Of a DNA stretch of 41,527 nucleotides, positions 24,759 through 33,351 are shown in pieces. The notes under the pieces are model-generated. The model had not been told where the DNA came from, ran no database searches, and saw nothing but the letters and a program-made list of their open reading frames with translations. The position numbers were made by a program, and so were the translations under genes. Position 1 is the first letter of the stretch, and the number at the start of each line of letters is the position of its first letter. The stretch is from Gammaproteobacteria bacterium (lineage in GTDB: Bacteria > Pseudomonadota > Gammaproteobacteria > Burkholderiales > SHXO01), in assembly GCA_041499435.1 (NCBI GenBank), contig JBGQKF010000002.1, positions 1 through 41,527 on the forward strand. The letters are read 5' to 3'.

Positions 24759-25778
24759 ATGCAGAAATCAGCTGCCTGGTCGGGCTGGCTCGGGATCGCC
24801 GCGTTCGTCGCGATGCCATGCCTGGCCGACACAATCACGCTAGACAACGGCGACCGCCTGACTGGCAAGATCCTCCGCATGGAGGGTGGGAAGGTGGTGA
24901 TCAATACCAGTTATGCCGGCGACATCAAGATCGATCTGGGTCACATTCGTAATCTGCAGACCGACGGCACCATGACCGTGGTGCTGGGTAACGATCAACG
25001 GTTGTACGGCAAGCTGACGGGCGACGGCGCGGAAATTACGGTCCAGCCGCCGGGTGAGGGCGCAGCCCGGCAGGAATCGACCGGGAAAGTGACCGATATC
25101 CTGCCGGGTGTGGTCACTGGTCGCGAATGGAAGAGATCAGGACACCTCAATGTCGGGTGGTCCGACAGTTCGGGTAACACCGAGCTGAGCCGCGCACACG
25201 CCGATGGGGAGTTCAATGCGCAGCAAGGCAAGAATCGCTATACCGCGGGGATCTCGATCAACTATGCCACGGATCACGGCTCAGAGACGGAGTCCAATGG
25301 CCTGGCTTACGGCAAATACGATCGCTTCTTCAGTCAGAAGTGGTATGCCTATGCCAACACCAGCTTCGAGTACGACCACTTCAGAGACATCAATTTGCGC
25401 ACCACGCTGGGGGTGGGTTCGGGTTATCAGGCGATCGCTTCACCGCGCACCAACCTGGCGCTGGAGGGCGGTATCGACTATGTCTACACCGACTACAACG
25501 TCGCATCGAACGATCAGTTTCCCGCAATACGGCTGGCGTTGCGATTCGACCATTATCTGCTTCCCGACAAGCTGCAGTTCTTCCACAAGACGGAAGGGTA
25601 CGTGAGCCTGGAGAACGTGAAGAAGAGCTTCGCCCGCACGCAGACGGGCCTGCGGATGCCGATCACCGGAAATTTCGTGGCCACGACGGAGTACGACGTG
25701 ACGTGGGATGGCGACCCTCAGCCGGGCCGCGTCAGCACCGACCGGACGTTGCTGTTTACCTTGGGGTATAAATGGTGA
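24759..25778 (+). CDS. DUF481-family outer-membrane beta-barrel protein (YdiY-like)
   Basis: Start ATG 24759 after AAGGGGA. Signal peptide MQKSAAWSGWLGIAAFVAMPCLA. GWSDSSGNTE...alternating beta-strand pattern, ending in aromatic ...LGYKW. Confidence 0.8.
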   Translation: MQKSAAWSGWLGIAAFVAMPCLADTITLDNGDRLTGKILRMEGGKVVINTSYAGDIKIDLGHIRNLQTDGTMTVVLGNDQRLYGKLTGDGAEITVQPPGEGAARQESTGKVTDILPGVVTGREWKRSGHLNVGWSDSSGNTELSRAHADGEFNAQQGKNRYTAGISINYATDHGSETESNGLAYGKYDRFFSQKWYAYANTSFEYDHFRDINLRTTLGVGSGYQAIASPRTNLALEGGIDYVYTDYNVASNDQFPAIRLALRFDHYLLPDKLQFFHKTEGYVSLENVKKSFARTQTGLRMPITGNFVATTEYDVTWDGDPQPGRVSTDRTLLFTLGYKW

Positions 25779-25926
25779 ATGAGGGAAATGCGTGAAGGAG
25801 GTGAAGGAAGTGAAGGAGGTGAGCCCCCTCTCCCCGACCCTCTCCCCCGGTGATGGGGGAGAGGGAGAATTTAGGCGGCGCGACTGCGCCTGCCCTTCAC
25901 GCATTCCCTCCTTCCCTCCTTCTCTG
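25775..25926. repeat. family-B composite element: 9-mer GTGAAGGAR array + REP hairpin + inverted outer arm
   Basis: GTGAAGGAG GTGAAGGAA GTGAAGGAG GTGAG at 25792-25823. REP hairpin CCCTCTCCCCC-GGTGAT-GGGGGAGAGGG at 25838-25865. Outer IR GAGGGAAATGCGTGAAGG (25781-25798) versus CCTTCACGCATTCCCTC (25894-25910). Confidence 0.9.
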
Positions 25927-25932
25927 TTCCAA

Positions 25933-26169
25933 CTACTTATCCCTCGGCTCCGGATCGCCGGAAATGACTTCCACGCCAGGCTTGTCGTAATACTGATAGC
26001 CGGTCTGCGGGATGTGGGACTCTTCGTTGCGCTGGCGCAGCTCCAGATCCTGAAACTTGTCCCACCAGGTGGCACGCGCCGCCTTCTGTTTTTCGATCAC
26101 CTGCGGGTTCTTGTCGAGGAACTCGCGAATGAACCGGGTTATATCGGATTCGTAACCGGTCTTCTTCAT
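25933..26169 (-). CDS. small conserved protein, DUF3460-like
   Basis: 78 aa. MKKTGYESDITRFIREFLDKNPQVIEKQKAARATWWDK... matches my recollection of the YESxxTxF...Q...R..WDK pattern of DUF3460. It is the only believable part of track ORF 25933..27408. Confidence 0.6.
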   Translation of the reverse strand: MKKTGYESDITRFIREFLDKNPQVIEKQKAARATWWDKFQDLELRQRNEESHIPQTGYQYYDKPGVEVISGDPEPRDK

Positions 26170-26343
26170 GGAAAAGCTCGCATGTCTGTTGACTCGAGAT
26201 CGCGATTTTAATTGACCGGCGCGGGATCGGACAGCAGAGATTGCACCAGCCAGACTGTCCCACCTCAGGGCAACCCGGCAACTATCCCGGCGGCGGTCGG
26301 TCCATGGGGTATCATTCCAAGTCCCGTCTTGCACTCCGCGCCG

Positions 26344-28404
26344 ATGCCCACCGATTCTTCCGTGCCCTCGAGCAACCCACCGCGCGCGGCGCGCCTGGCG
26401 CGCACCACCACGCTCCATGGACATACGCTGAGCGATGACTATCACTGGCTGTGCGAAAAGGACGATCCGCAGGTTCGCGCCTATCTGGAGGCGGAGAACA
26501 CATACACGGCTGCGATCATGCGGCCCACCGAGAAATTCCAGGACGCGCTCTACCACGAAATGCTTGCCCGCATCAAAGAAACCGACATGGGCGTGCCGTA
26601 CCGCTACGGCCCTTACGAATACTACAGTCGTACCCAGGCCGGCGACGACTATCCCATCTATTGCCGCCGGCCGCGCGGAGATCTGCAGAGCGAGCAAGTT
26701 CTGCTCGACTTGAATGAGCTCGCGCAAGGGCACGAGTTCCTGTCGCTGGGGGCCTCGAGCGTGACTCCGGACGCGGCATTGCTCGCCTATTCGATCGATG
26801 TAACCGGTTATCGCGAATACACCCTCTATGTAAAGGACCTCGTGCGCGCAACGCTGCTGCCCTTGCGCATTGAGAAGGTGCGCTCGACCGCCTTTGCCAA
26901 CGACAGCGCGACGCTGTTTTATGTGATCGAGGATGATGCCAAACGCGCCTACCGGCTCTATCGCCACCGTCTGGGGAGCAGCGAGCATACGCTCATCTTC
27001 GAGGAGACGGACCCGCGCTTCAGCATTGGCGTACAGCGCTCGCGCAGCCGCGGCTACATCTTTCTCGGCTCGCACAGTGCCACGACTTCCGAAGTCCGCT
27101 TTTTGTCTGCGGACGATCCACAGGCGCCCTTTCGGCTGGTGGCCGCGCGCGCGCCCGATCATGAGTACGACGTCGACCACCGCGGCAATCTGTTCTATAT
27201 CGTCACCAACGATCGCGGGCGCAACTTCCGTCTGGTCACCGCGCCGGCGGTCGCGCCCGATCCGGCGAACTGGACCGAGTTGATCCCGCATCGGGAAGAG
27301 GTGATGCTGGAGGACATCGATCTGTTCGCGCGTCATGCGGTGGTGCACGAGCGCGCGGGCGGTTTCCCGCGCATGCGTGTAATCAGCTTCCTCACGGCGC
27401 AGGAACACGAGATCGAAATGCCGGAGCCGGTGTACTCGGCGTTTGGCACGGGCAACGCCGAGTTCGACACCGATCTGTTCCGTTTCAGTTACGAGTCGCT
27501 GGTCACGCCCGGCTCGGTCTTCGACTATGACGTGAACACGCGCAACCGCACGCTGCTCAAGCAGGAAGAAATACTCGGCGGCTACGACGCCGCGCTCTAT
27601 CGCTCCGAGCTGTTATACGCGAGCGCCGCGGATGGCGAACGCATCCCGGTGTCTCTCGTCTACCGTCGCGCTGGACATGAGCCGCAAAAGCCGCAGCCGC
27701 TGCTCCTGACCGGTTACGGCGCCTATGGCTTCGCGTCCGACGTTCACTTCAGCTCCACGCGCCTGTCATTGCTCGACCGTGGCGTGATCTATGCCGTCGC
27801 ACACATCCGCGGCGGCGGCGAGATGGGCAAGAAGTGGCATGACGAGGGTCGCATGCTCAACAAGAAGAATACCTTCACCGATTTCATCGCGGTCGCCGAG
27901 CTGCTCGTGGCGCAGCGTTACACCGGTCCAGCGCAGATGGTGATCGAGGGCGGCAGCGCCGGTGGCCTTCTGGTCGGGGCCGTCACCAACCTGCGCCCGG
28001 ATTTGTTCAAGGCGGTGGTGGCCGAAGTGCCGTTCGTCGATGTGGTCAACACCATGCTCGACGCAAACCTGCCGCTTACCACCGGCGAGTACGAAGAGTG
28101 GGGCAATCCGCAGGATCCCGAGTATCTCGCATACATGCTGTCGTACTCGCCCTACGACAATATCCAGGCGCGCGACTATCCGGCGATGCTGGTGGAAACT
28201 TCGCTGAACGACAGCCAGGTGATGTATTGGGAGCCGGCCAAGTACGTGGCGAAGCTGCGTGCCGTCAAGACCGACCACAACCCGGTCCTGCTCAAGACCA
28301 ACATGGGCGCCGGCCACGGCGGTGCATCGGGACGCTATGAATATCTGCGCGAGATCGCGTTCACGTATACGTTTATTTTGTGGCAGCTGGGGCTCGCGCC
28401 GTAG
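26344..28404 (+). CDS. ptrB: oligopeptidase B (S9A prolyl oligopeptidase family)
   Basis: 686 aa from ATG 26344. N-terminus HGHTLSDDYHWLCEKDDPQVRAYLEAENTYT. Catalytic Ser motif GGSAGGLL. C-terminal alpha/beta hydrolase with the D...H region (NDSQV...GAGHGG). Confidence 0.9.
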   Translation: MPTDSSVPSSNPPRAARLARTTTLHGHTLSDDYHWLCEKDDPQVRAYLEAENTYTAAIMRPTEKFQDALYHEMLARIKETDMGVPYRYGPYEYYSRTQAGDDYPIYCRRPRGDLQSEQVLLDLNELAQGHEFLSLGASSVTPDAALLAYSIDVTGYREYTLYVKDLVRATLLPLRIEKVRSTAFANDSATLFYVIEDDAKRAYRLYRHRLGSSEHTLIFEETDPRFSIGVQRSRSRGYIFLGSHSATTSEVRFLSADDPQAPFRLVAARAPDHEYDVDHRGNLFYIVTNDRGRNFRLVTAPAVAPDPANWTELIPHREEVMLEDIDLFARHAVVHERAGGFPRMRVISFLTAQEHEIEMPEPVYSAFGTGNAEFDTDLFRFSYESLVTPGSVFDYDVNTRNRTLLKQEEILGGYDAALYRSELLYASAADGERIPVSLVYRRAGHEPQKPQPLLLTGYGAYGFASDVHFSSTRLSLLDRGVIYAVAHIRGGGEMGKKWHDEGRMLNKKNTFTDFIAVAELLVAQRYTGPAQMVIEGGSAGGLLVGAVTNLRPDLFKAVVAEVPFVDVVNTMLDANLPLTTGEYEEWGNPQDPEYLAYMLSYSPYDNIQARDYPAMLVETSLNDSQVMYWEPAKYVAKLRAVKTDHNPVLLKTNMGAGHGGASGRYEYLREIAFTYTFILWQLGLAP

Positions 28405-28416
28405 GCGCGAGATCCA

Positions 28417-28560
28417 GTGAAGAGGTGAAAAAGTGAAAAGGTGAACACGGAAGCGATCTATGCGGGCCGCGAGTTTTGATGCTGGAAGGTCGGTAGGAGC
28501 TTCGTTCGCCGCGAGCCTCGCGGTTCACCTCTTCACCTTTTCACCTTTTCACCTGTTTAC
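28417..28560. repeat. family-A inverted tandem-8-mer hairpin element
   Basis: Left arm GTGAAGAG GTGAAAAA GTGAAAAG GTGAACAC (28417-28448). Right arm TTCACCTC TTCACCTT TTCACCTT TTCACCTG TTTAC (28524-28560). Fills the gap between the convergent ptrB gene and the 28562 gene. Confidence 0.9.
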
Positions 28561-28561
28561 G

Positions 28562-28915
28562 TCACTTCTTCTTCTTCCACTTACTCGCACACTGCACCGG
28601 CGTATTGCGCACGAGCTGCGCCTGCTCCTTCGCGTTCGCCCAGTGGATGACGGCCATCTTTTCGCCGCTGGCCTGGTTCACGATGTCGATCTCTTCGCCT
28701 TGAACGATGTCGCCTTCCCACACCTGATCCATCTTCGGATCGGGGCCTGATTTCCAGGAAAACAAGCCGAACTTCTCCTCCTGTGCACCCGGCAAGGTGA
28801 GCACGAAATAGCCGCACGTAGGATCGTGCCAGGTCACTGTACCTTCCACGGCGTGAGCCGGCTGGCACAGCGCTAGAGTCAAAGCGGCGGCGGACAACAA
28901 GTACTTGAACGGCAT
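28562..28915 (-). CDS. small secreted hypothetical protein
   Basis: 117 aa from ATG 28915 (GAGGAG RBS). Signal peptide MPFKYLLSAAALTLALCQPAHA. Two Cys, KKKK C-terminus. No family recognised. Confidence 0.65.
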   Translation of the reverse strand: MPFKYLLSAAALTLALCQPAHAVEGTVTWHDPTCGYFVLTLPGAQEEKFGLFSWKSGPDPKMDQVWEGDIVQGEEIDIVNQASGEKMAVIHWANAKEQAQLVRNTPVQCASKWKKKK

Positions 28916-28957
28916 TGCAGTCTCCTCGGTATGGCATTCTTGTCGGTGCGGCGTGCC

Positions 28958-28985
28958 TAGCCTGGATAAGTCATGAAGACGCCCC
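28958..28985. repeat. copy D of the 27-nt TAGCCYGGATAWKTCATGARG motif
   Basis: TAGCCTGGATAAGTCATGAAGACGCCCC, 43 nt upstream of the 28915 start. Shares the ...GAAGACGCCCC extension with the 22547-22574 copy. Confidence 0.8.
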
Positions 28986-29083
28986 ATAACGGCACGTATC
29001 CGTTGAGACGCAGGCGTTTGCTGGTGAGCAGGCCAGCGGCGATTATCGCCGAGTTCCGCGGTCCCTGCCAAAACGGAATGGAC

Positions 29084-29118
29084 CATTTCTCCTTCCCTCC
29101 TTCCCTCCCCCATTCACC
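29084..29118. repeat. solo pyrimidine-rich arm related to family B
   Basis: CATTTCTCCTTCCCTCCTTCCCTCCCCCATTCACC. The reverse complement GGTGAATGGGGGAGGGAAGGAGGGAAGGAGAAATG resembles the 25775 left end (GGTGAATGAGGGAAATG...GAAGGAGG). Compare 25901-25926. Confidence 0.6.
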
Positions 29119-29163
29119 GACCCACTGCGGTAACATGCCCACATCCGCACCTGAGAACTCGCC

Positions 29164-30207
29164 ATGAAACCAATCGACCTGCGCAGCGACACGGTTACTC
29201 TTCCGAGTGAGGCCATGCGCGCTGCCATGGCCGCGGCCGAGGTGGGCGATGACGTCTATGGCGAAGATCCGACGGTCAATCGGCTCGAGGCATTCGCGGC
29301 GGACCTGCTGGGCAAGGAGGCGGCGCTGTTCGTCGCCAGCGGCACGCAGAGCAATCTGCTTGCCATCATGTCCCAATGCGAGCGTGGCGACGAATACATC
29401 GTCGGACAGCAGGGACACACGTACAAGTACGAAGGCGGCGGTGCTGCGGTGCTGGGCAGTATCCAGCCACAGCCGCTCGACTACGAGCCCGACGGGACCC
29501 TCGACCTGCAGCGCGTCGAGGCGGCCATCAAGCCCGACGATCCGCACTTCGCCCGGACGCGTCTGCTATGCCTCGAGAATACACAGGGCGGCAAGGCGCT
29601 GCCGCTGGATTACCTGGAGCGTGCGTACGAGCTTGTGCATGCGCGCGGTCTGGCAATGCATCTCGATGGTGCGCGTGTGTTCAACGCCGCGGTGAAACAT
29701 GGCGTTCACGTGCGCGATGTCGCCCGCCGGTTCGACACGGTATCGGTGTGCCTGTCCAAAGGCCTGGGCGCGCCGGTGGGATCGGTCCTCTGCGGCAGCC
29801 ATGCTCTGATTGCCCGCGCGCGGCGCTGGCGCAAAGTGCTGGGCGGGGGCATGCGCCAGGCCGGCGTGCTGGCCGCCGCGGGACTCTATGCGCTGGAACA
29901 CAATATCGCCCGACTGGAGCAGGACCATGCGAACGCTGCCGCCCTTGCCCAAGCACTGTCCCGGCTGCCCGGGCTCACCGTGGAGTACGGGCCGAGCCAG
30001 ACCAACATGGTTTTCATGCGGCTCACGCCAACGCTGGTAGAGCTGCTGCGGCAGTTTCTCAAGCAGCGCGGGATGCTGATCGGTAACACTCACCCGATCC
30101 GTCTGGTCACGCACCTGGATATCGCTGCAGAGGATGTGAGCGCATTCGTGGAAGCGGTGGCCGCTTTCTTGTCACAGGATGGCGCCACGCGCAGCGTGGC
30201 GGCCTGA
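29164..30207 (+). CDS. ltaE: low-specificity L-threonine aldolase
   Basis: 347 aa. IDLRSDTVTLPSEAMRAAMAAAEVGDDVYGEDPTVNRLE...GTQSNL...CLSKGLGAPVGS (PLP Lys) is closely collinear with LtaE as I recall it. Confidence 0.9.
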   Translation: MKPIDLRSDTVTLPSEAMRAAMAAAEVGDDVYGEDPTVNRLEAFAADLLGKEAALFVASGTQSNLLAIMSQCERGDEYIVGQQGHTYKYEGGGAAVLGSIQPQPLDYEPDGTLDLQRVEAAIKPDDPHFARTRLLCLENTQGGKALPLDYLERAYELVHARGLAMHLDGARVFNAAVKHGVHVRDVARRFDTVSVCLSKGLGAPVGSVLCGSHALIARARRWRKVLGGGMRQAGVLAAAGLYALEHNIARLEQDHANAAALAQALSRLPGLTVEYGPSQTNMVFMRLTPTLVELLRQFLKQRGMLIGNTHPIRLVTHLDIAAEDVSAFVEAVAAFLSQDGATRSVAA

Positions 30208-30362
30208 TTCTTCAAGCTCAGAACCGACACATCCGGCTTGCTCGGCGGCCGCGGCAGCCGGACGGGAAGGGGCTATAATCTCAGCTTCACGCGCCCGAGG
30301 CGTTGCGGACAAAAAAACCAGGCGGGCGCTTGCCCTCTATCAGATTGGTTCTAGGAGCGATC

Positions 30363-31562
30363 ATGGATTTCGAGCTCAAGCCGGCGGTCCGACAGCTTAC
30401 GTTGGTCTTTCCGATACTACTCATCGCATTGCCCGCGGCCATCAAAGCCGCGGACGACAGGCCCGGCGCGGTACTTCCGCCCCCTAGCTTGTACGATGCA
30501 CCCGCTGATCCGGCGAAGCCGGCGTCAATGCCCTCGGCCACCAGGTCGCCGGTGAGCCCGGCCGCGGCGCCGGTTCCGGCCGCGGCGCAAACCAAACCGG
30601 CCACGCAGTCCACGCCCGCCTCGGCCGCCGTGCAGCCCACGGCTCCCCCAGCTGCCGCGCCTGCCAAGCTGTCGGCCACGAGCTCCGCGGGCGCAGAGCC
30701 GAGCCAACCCTGGTACAAGCGTTGGTTCTCGTCTTCGTCCTCAGCGCCTGCGGCACAGAAGCCTGCAGTCGCAGACGCAGGTGCGACGACGGGTGCTCTG
30801 AACACCGGCGGGCGCGCTCAATATGCGTACGATTCTCCCAGCCACGCAATCCGCACCGGGTACGGACAGTGTGTGCGCACCGGCTGGTGGACGCCGGGCA
30901 CCGGCTCCGCTGATTGCGAGCCTGACCTGCAGCGCCAGCAGGCTGCCGTGAAGCAGCCGCAGGTCGTCGCACAGGCCAGCCCGACGCGTGCTGCCGGCTC
31001 CGCGCCCGCGCGTGAGCTCACTGCCGCGAAGAACGACACCGTCGAGGTCGTGCCCCTGCCGCCCAGGCCGCAGCCGGTGCGCGAGGAGATCAAACCGGCA
31101 CCCGCGAAGGAACAGCTCGCGCGCGACGAGATCATCACGGCGCTCGCGGCCACGCGCCCGCTGGCCGAGCCCGACTACGACAAGCTCACGCTGTCGGCCG
31201 GCGCGCTGTTCCCGCTGTCCAGCACCAGCATCAAGCCGCTCGGGCGCGAGAAGCTCGATGAGCTCGTCTCCCGGTTGAAGGAGATCGACTACGAGAGCGT
31301 GCGCATCGTCGGTTATACCGATCCAACCGGCCCCGTGCCGATGAACGAGAAGCTGTCGAAGCGTCGCGCCGATGCGGTCAAAGGATACCTGGTGTCGAAG
31401 GGCATCGATGCCAAGCGCATCGCGATCGAGGGCAAGGGCGGCGCCCAGCCGCTGCCCAAGACCCGCGACTGCGATGCATTGCCGCGCATGGAAAAGATCA
31501 TCTGCTATGCGCCCGATCGCCGGGTGGAGATCGAAGTGGTCGGCGGCAAGCCGCGCACCTAG
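30363..31562 (+). CDS. OmpA-family protein (Pro/Ala-rich linker, C-terminal OmpA-like peptidoglycan-binding domain)
   Basis: Start ATG 30363 after AGGAG. Signal/anchor LTLVFPILLIALPAAIKA. Long P/A/S-rich region. C-terminus VRIVGYTDPTGPVPMNEKLSKRRADAVKGYLVSKGI is the OmpA_C signature. Confidence 0.85.
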   Translation: MDFELKPAVRQLTLVFPILLIALPAAIKAADDRPGAVLPPPSLYDAPADPAKPASMPSATRSPVSPAAAPVPAAAQTKPATQSTPASAAVQPTAPPAAAPAKLSATSSAGAEPSQPWYKRWFSSSSSAPAAQKPAVADAGATTGALNTGGRAQYAYDSPSHAIRTGYGQCVRTGWWTPGTGSADCEPDLQRQQAAVKQPQVVAQASPTRAAGSAPARELTAAKNDTVEVVPLPPRPQPVREEIKPAPAKEQLARDEIITALAATRPLAEPDYDKLTLSAGALFPLSSTSIKPLGREKLDELVSRLKEIDYESVRIVGYTDPTGPVPMNEKLSKRRADAVKGYLVSKGIDAKRIAIEGKGGAQPLPKTRDCDALPRMEKIICYAPDRRVEIEVVGGKPRT

Positions 31563-31566
31563 CCCG

Positions 31567-32466
31567 ATGGCAGCCTCTACGGACACACACAATATGGCGC
31601 TGTTCTGCGACTTCGAAAACGTCGCACTCGGCGTGCGTGATGCGAAGTACGACAAGTTCGATATCGGCAAAGTGCTGGAGCGGCTGCTGGTGAAAGGCAG
31701 CATCGTCGTGAAGAAAGCCTACTGCGACTGGGAACGCTACAAGGCGTTCAAGGCCACGATGCATGAAGCCGCGTTCGAGCTGATCGAGATTCCGCACGTG
31801 CGCCAATCGGGCAAGAACTCGGCCGATATCCGCATGGTCGTGGACGCACTCGATCTGTGTTACACCAAGGCGCACGTCGATACGTTCGTCATCATCAGCG
31901 GCGACTCGGATTTCTCCCCGCTCGTGTCCAAGCTGCGCGAGAACAACAAGGCTGTGATCGGTGTGGGGGTGAAGCAGTCTTCATCCGATCTGCTGATCTC
32001 CAACTGCGACGAGTTCATCTACTACGACGACCTGGTGCGCGAGGAAAAGGCCAAGGCCAAGCGCCCGCGGCGTAAGCCGCAGCCCAAAGCTGCCAAGCCT
32101 GCGGCTCAAGAAGAAGAGCCGAAATCGGGCGAGGAGTTGAAGCCGAGCGACGAGGTCAAGCCGGAAGAGGAAGCCAAACCCGAGCAGGAAGACAAGACCG
32201 CGCAGGCGGTGGACCTGGTGATGAGCACGCTCGATGCGCTGGTGGCCGAGCGCGGCGAAGACGAGAAGATCTGGGGCTCGATGATCAAGCAGACGTTGAA
32301 GCGCCGCCACCCGGGCTTCAACGAGTCCTACTACGGCTTCAAGAGCTTCAACAGCCTGCTGGAAGAAGCGCAGGCGCGCGGGCTGATCTCACTCGAGCGG
32401 GACGAGAAGTCCGGGGGCTACATCGTGTGGCCCGCGGCGCACGAGCCGGTGGCGGTCGAGGGTTGA
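31567..32466 (+). CDS. NYN-domain (LabA/DUF88-like) protein with a C-terminal OST-HTH/LOTUS domain
   Basis: ALFCDFENVALG...NSADIRMVVDALD...VIISGDSDFSPLV is the NYN/LabA PIN-like motif set. K/E/P-rich linker. C-terminal ...WGSMIKQTLKRRHPGFNESYYGFKSFNSLLEEAQARGLI is OST-HTH-like. ATG lies 4 nt after the OmpA-like stop; ATG 31594 is the alternative. Confidence 0.82.
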   Translation: MAASTDTHNMALFCDFENVALGVRDAKYDKFDIGKVLERLLVKGSIVVKKAYCDWERYKAFKATMHEAAFELIEIPHVRQSGKNSADIRMVVDALDLCYTKAHVDTFVIISGDSDFSPLVSKLRENNKAVIGVGVKQSSSDLLISNCDEFIYYDDLVREEKAKAKRPRRKPQPKAAKPAAQEEEPKSGEELKPSDEVKPEEEAKPEQEDKTAQAVDLVMSTLDALVAERGEDEKIWGSMIKQTLKRRHPGFNESYYGFKSFNSLLEEAQARGLISLERDEKSGGYIVWPAAHEPVAVEG

Positions 32467-32505
32467 GGGCCGCAGCCCACTGCGACGAGCCGGTAGGGAC
32501 GTCAG

Positions 32506-33348
32506 TCACGCGAGCTCGAGAATCAGCGGCTGGTGGTCGGACGCCTCAATCGTTGCATCGACTCTGACGCTACGCAGACGGGCGATCACGTCGTCAGTCG
32601 CGAAAGCAAAATCACAGCAGTAGAGCGGCCAGGTTTTTTCGAAGACACCCATGGTGGGCGGATGCGGCTCGTTCGGATGCGCCGCGAGCCACGCGTCGAA
32701 CAGGCGCTCCCCGCCGGGCTCCGGGCTCGCGGTTATGCGGTTGTGTTCGCGGTCTTCCGGCTTGAAGTTGAAGTCGCCGCACACGATAGCGGAAGCCGGA
32801 CGCACGAACGCCTGGAACGGTTCACCCGGTTTCCCGCTCACGCGCGGCGCACGCGCATGAGCGCATGCCTCGGCATGCAGGCGGCGCAAAGCCTCCACTT
32901 GCGCCATGCGCTGATGCGCTGAGTAGAACTCCAGATGGGTCGTGATCACCCGCAACGGCCCGCGCGGGGCGATCACTACCGCCTCGAGCGCCATGCGCTG
33001 CATGCTCAGCGCCGCGGCATCGGCCGGCCACGGCAGCAAATGCCGGTAAACCTGTACCACCGGCAGGCGCGTAAACACGGCATTGCCGAACAGGCTGCGT
33101 CCCCCGTTGCCGTCGTCAGTGTCAGTCGCGGGCCCGTAGAGCGCCGTGTACTCCGGTAGCGCCGCTGCAAGCTCGGCGAGCTGATCTTCGCCATTGCTGC
33201 CCGGCAGGCCGGGGAAGTTGATCGCCACTTCCTGCAGGCAGAGCACATCGAAATTGGCGAGATTGCGCGCGACGCGTGCGATACGGACGGGATCGACGAT
33301 TCCGTCCATGCCCCGACACCATTGCACGTTCCAGGTGATGAGGATCAT
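32506..33348 (-). CDS. endonuclease/exonuclease/phosphatase (EEP) family protein
   Basis: 280 aa. MILITWNVQW...DVLCLQEV...TTHLE...CGDFNF...SDHQPL are the conserved EEP catalytic motifs. Confidence 0.85.
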   Translation of the reverse strand: MILITWNVQWCRGMDGIVDPVRIARVARNLANFDVLCLQEVAINFPGLPGSNGEDQLAELAAALPEYTALYGPATDTDDGNGGRSLFGNAVFTRLPVVQVYRHLLPWPADAAALSMQRMALEAVVIAPRGPLRVITTHLEFYSAHQRMAQVEALRRLHAEACAHARAPRVSGKPGEPFQAFVRPASAIVCGDFNFKPEDREHNRITASPEPGGERLFDAWLAAHPNEPHPPTMGVFEKTWPLYCCDFAFATDDVIARLRSVRVDATIEASDHQPLILELA

Positions 33349-33351
33349 GGT

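Noticed and set aside
25933-27408. 491-aa minus-strand ORF spanning the ptrB region
   Set aside because: Only its last 78 codons (25933-26169, DUF3460-like) look real. The rest is antisense to oligopeptidase B.
29150-29175. Similarity of the ltaE start region (CTCGCCATGAAACCAATCG) to the TTCATGAAATATCC inverted-repeat motif, as a possible partner end for copy D
   Set aside because: Only CATGAAA is shared and the flanks do not align. This is most likely a coincidence with the ATG AAA start of ltaE.
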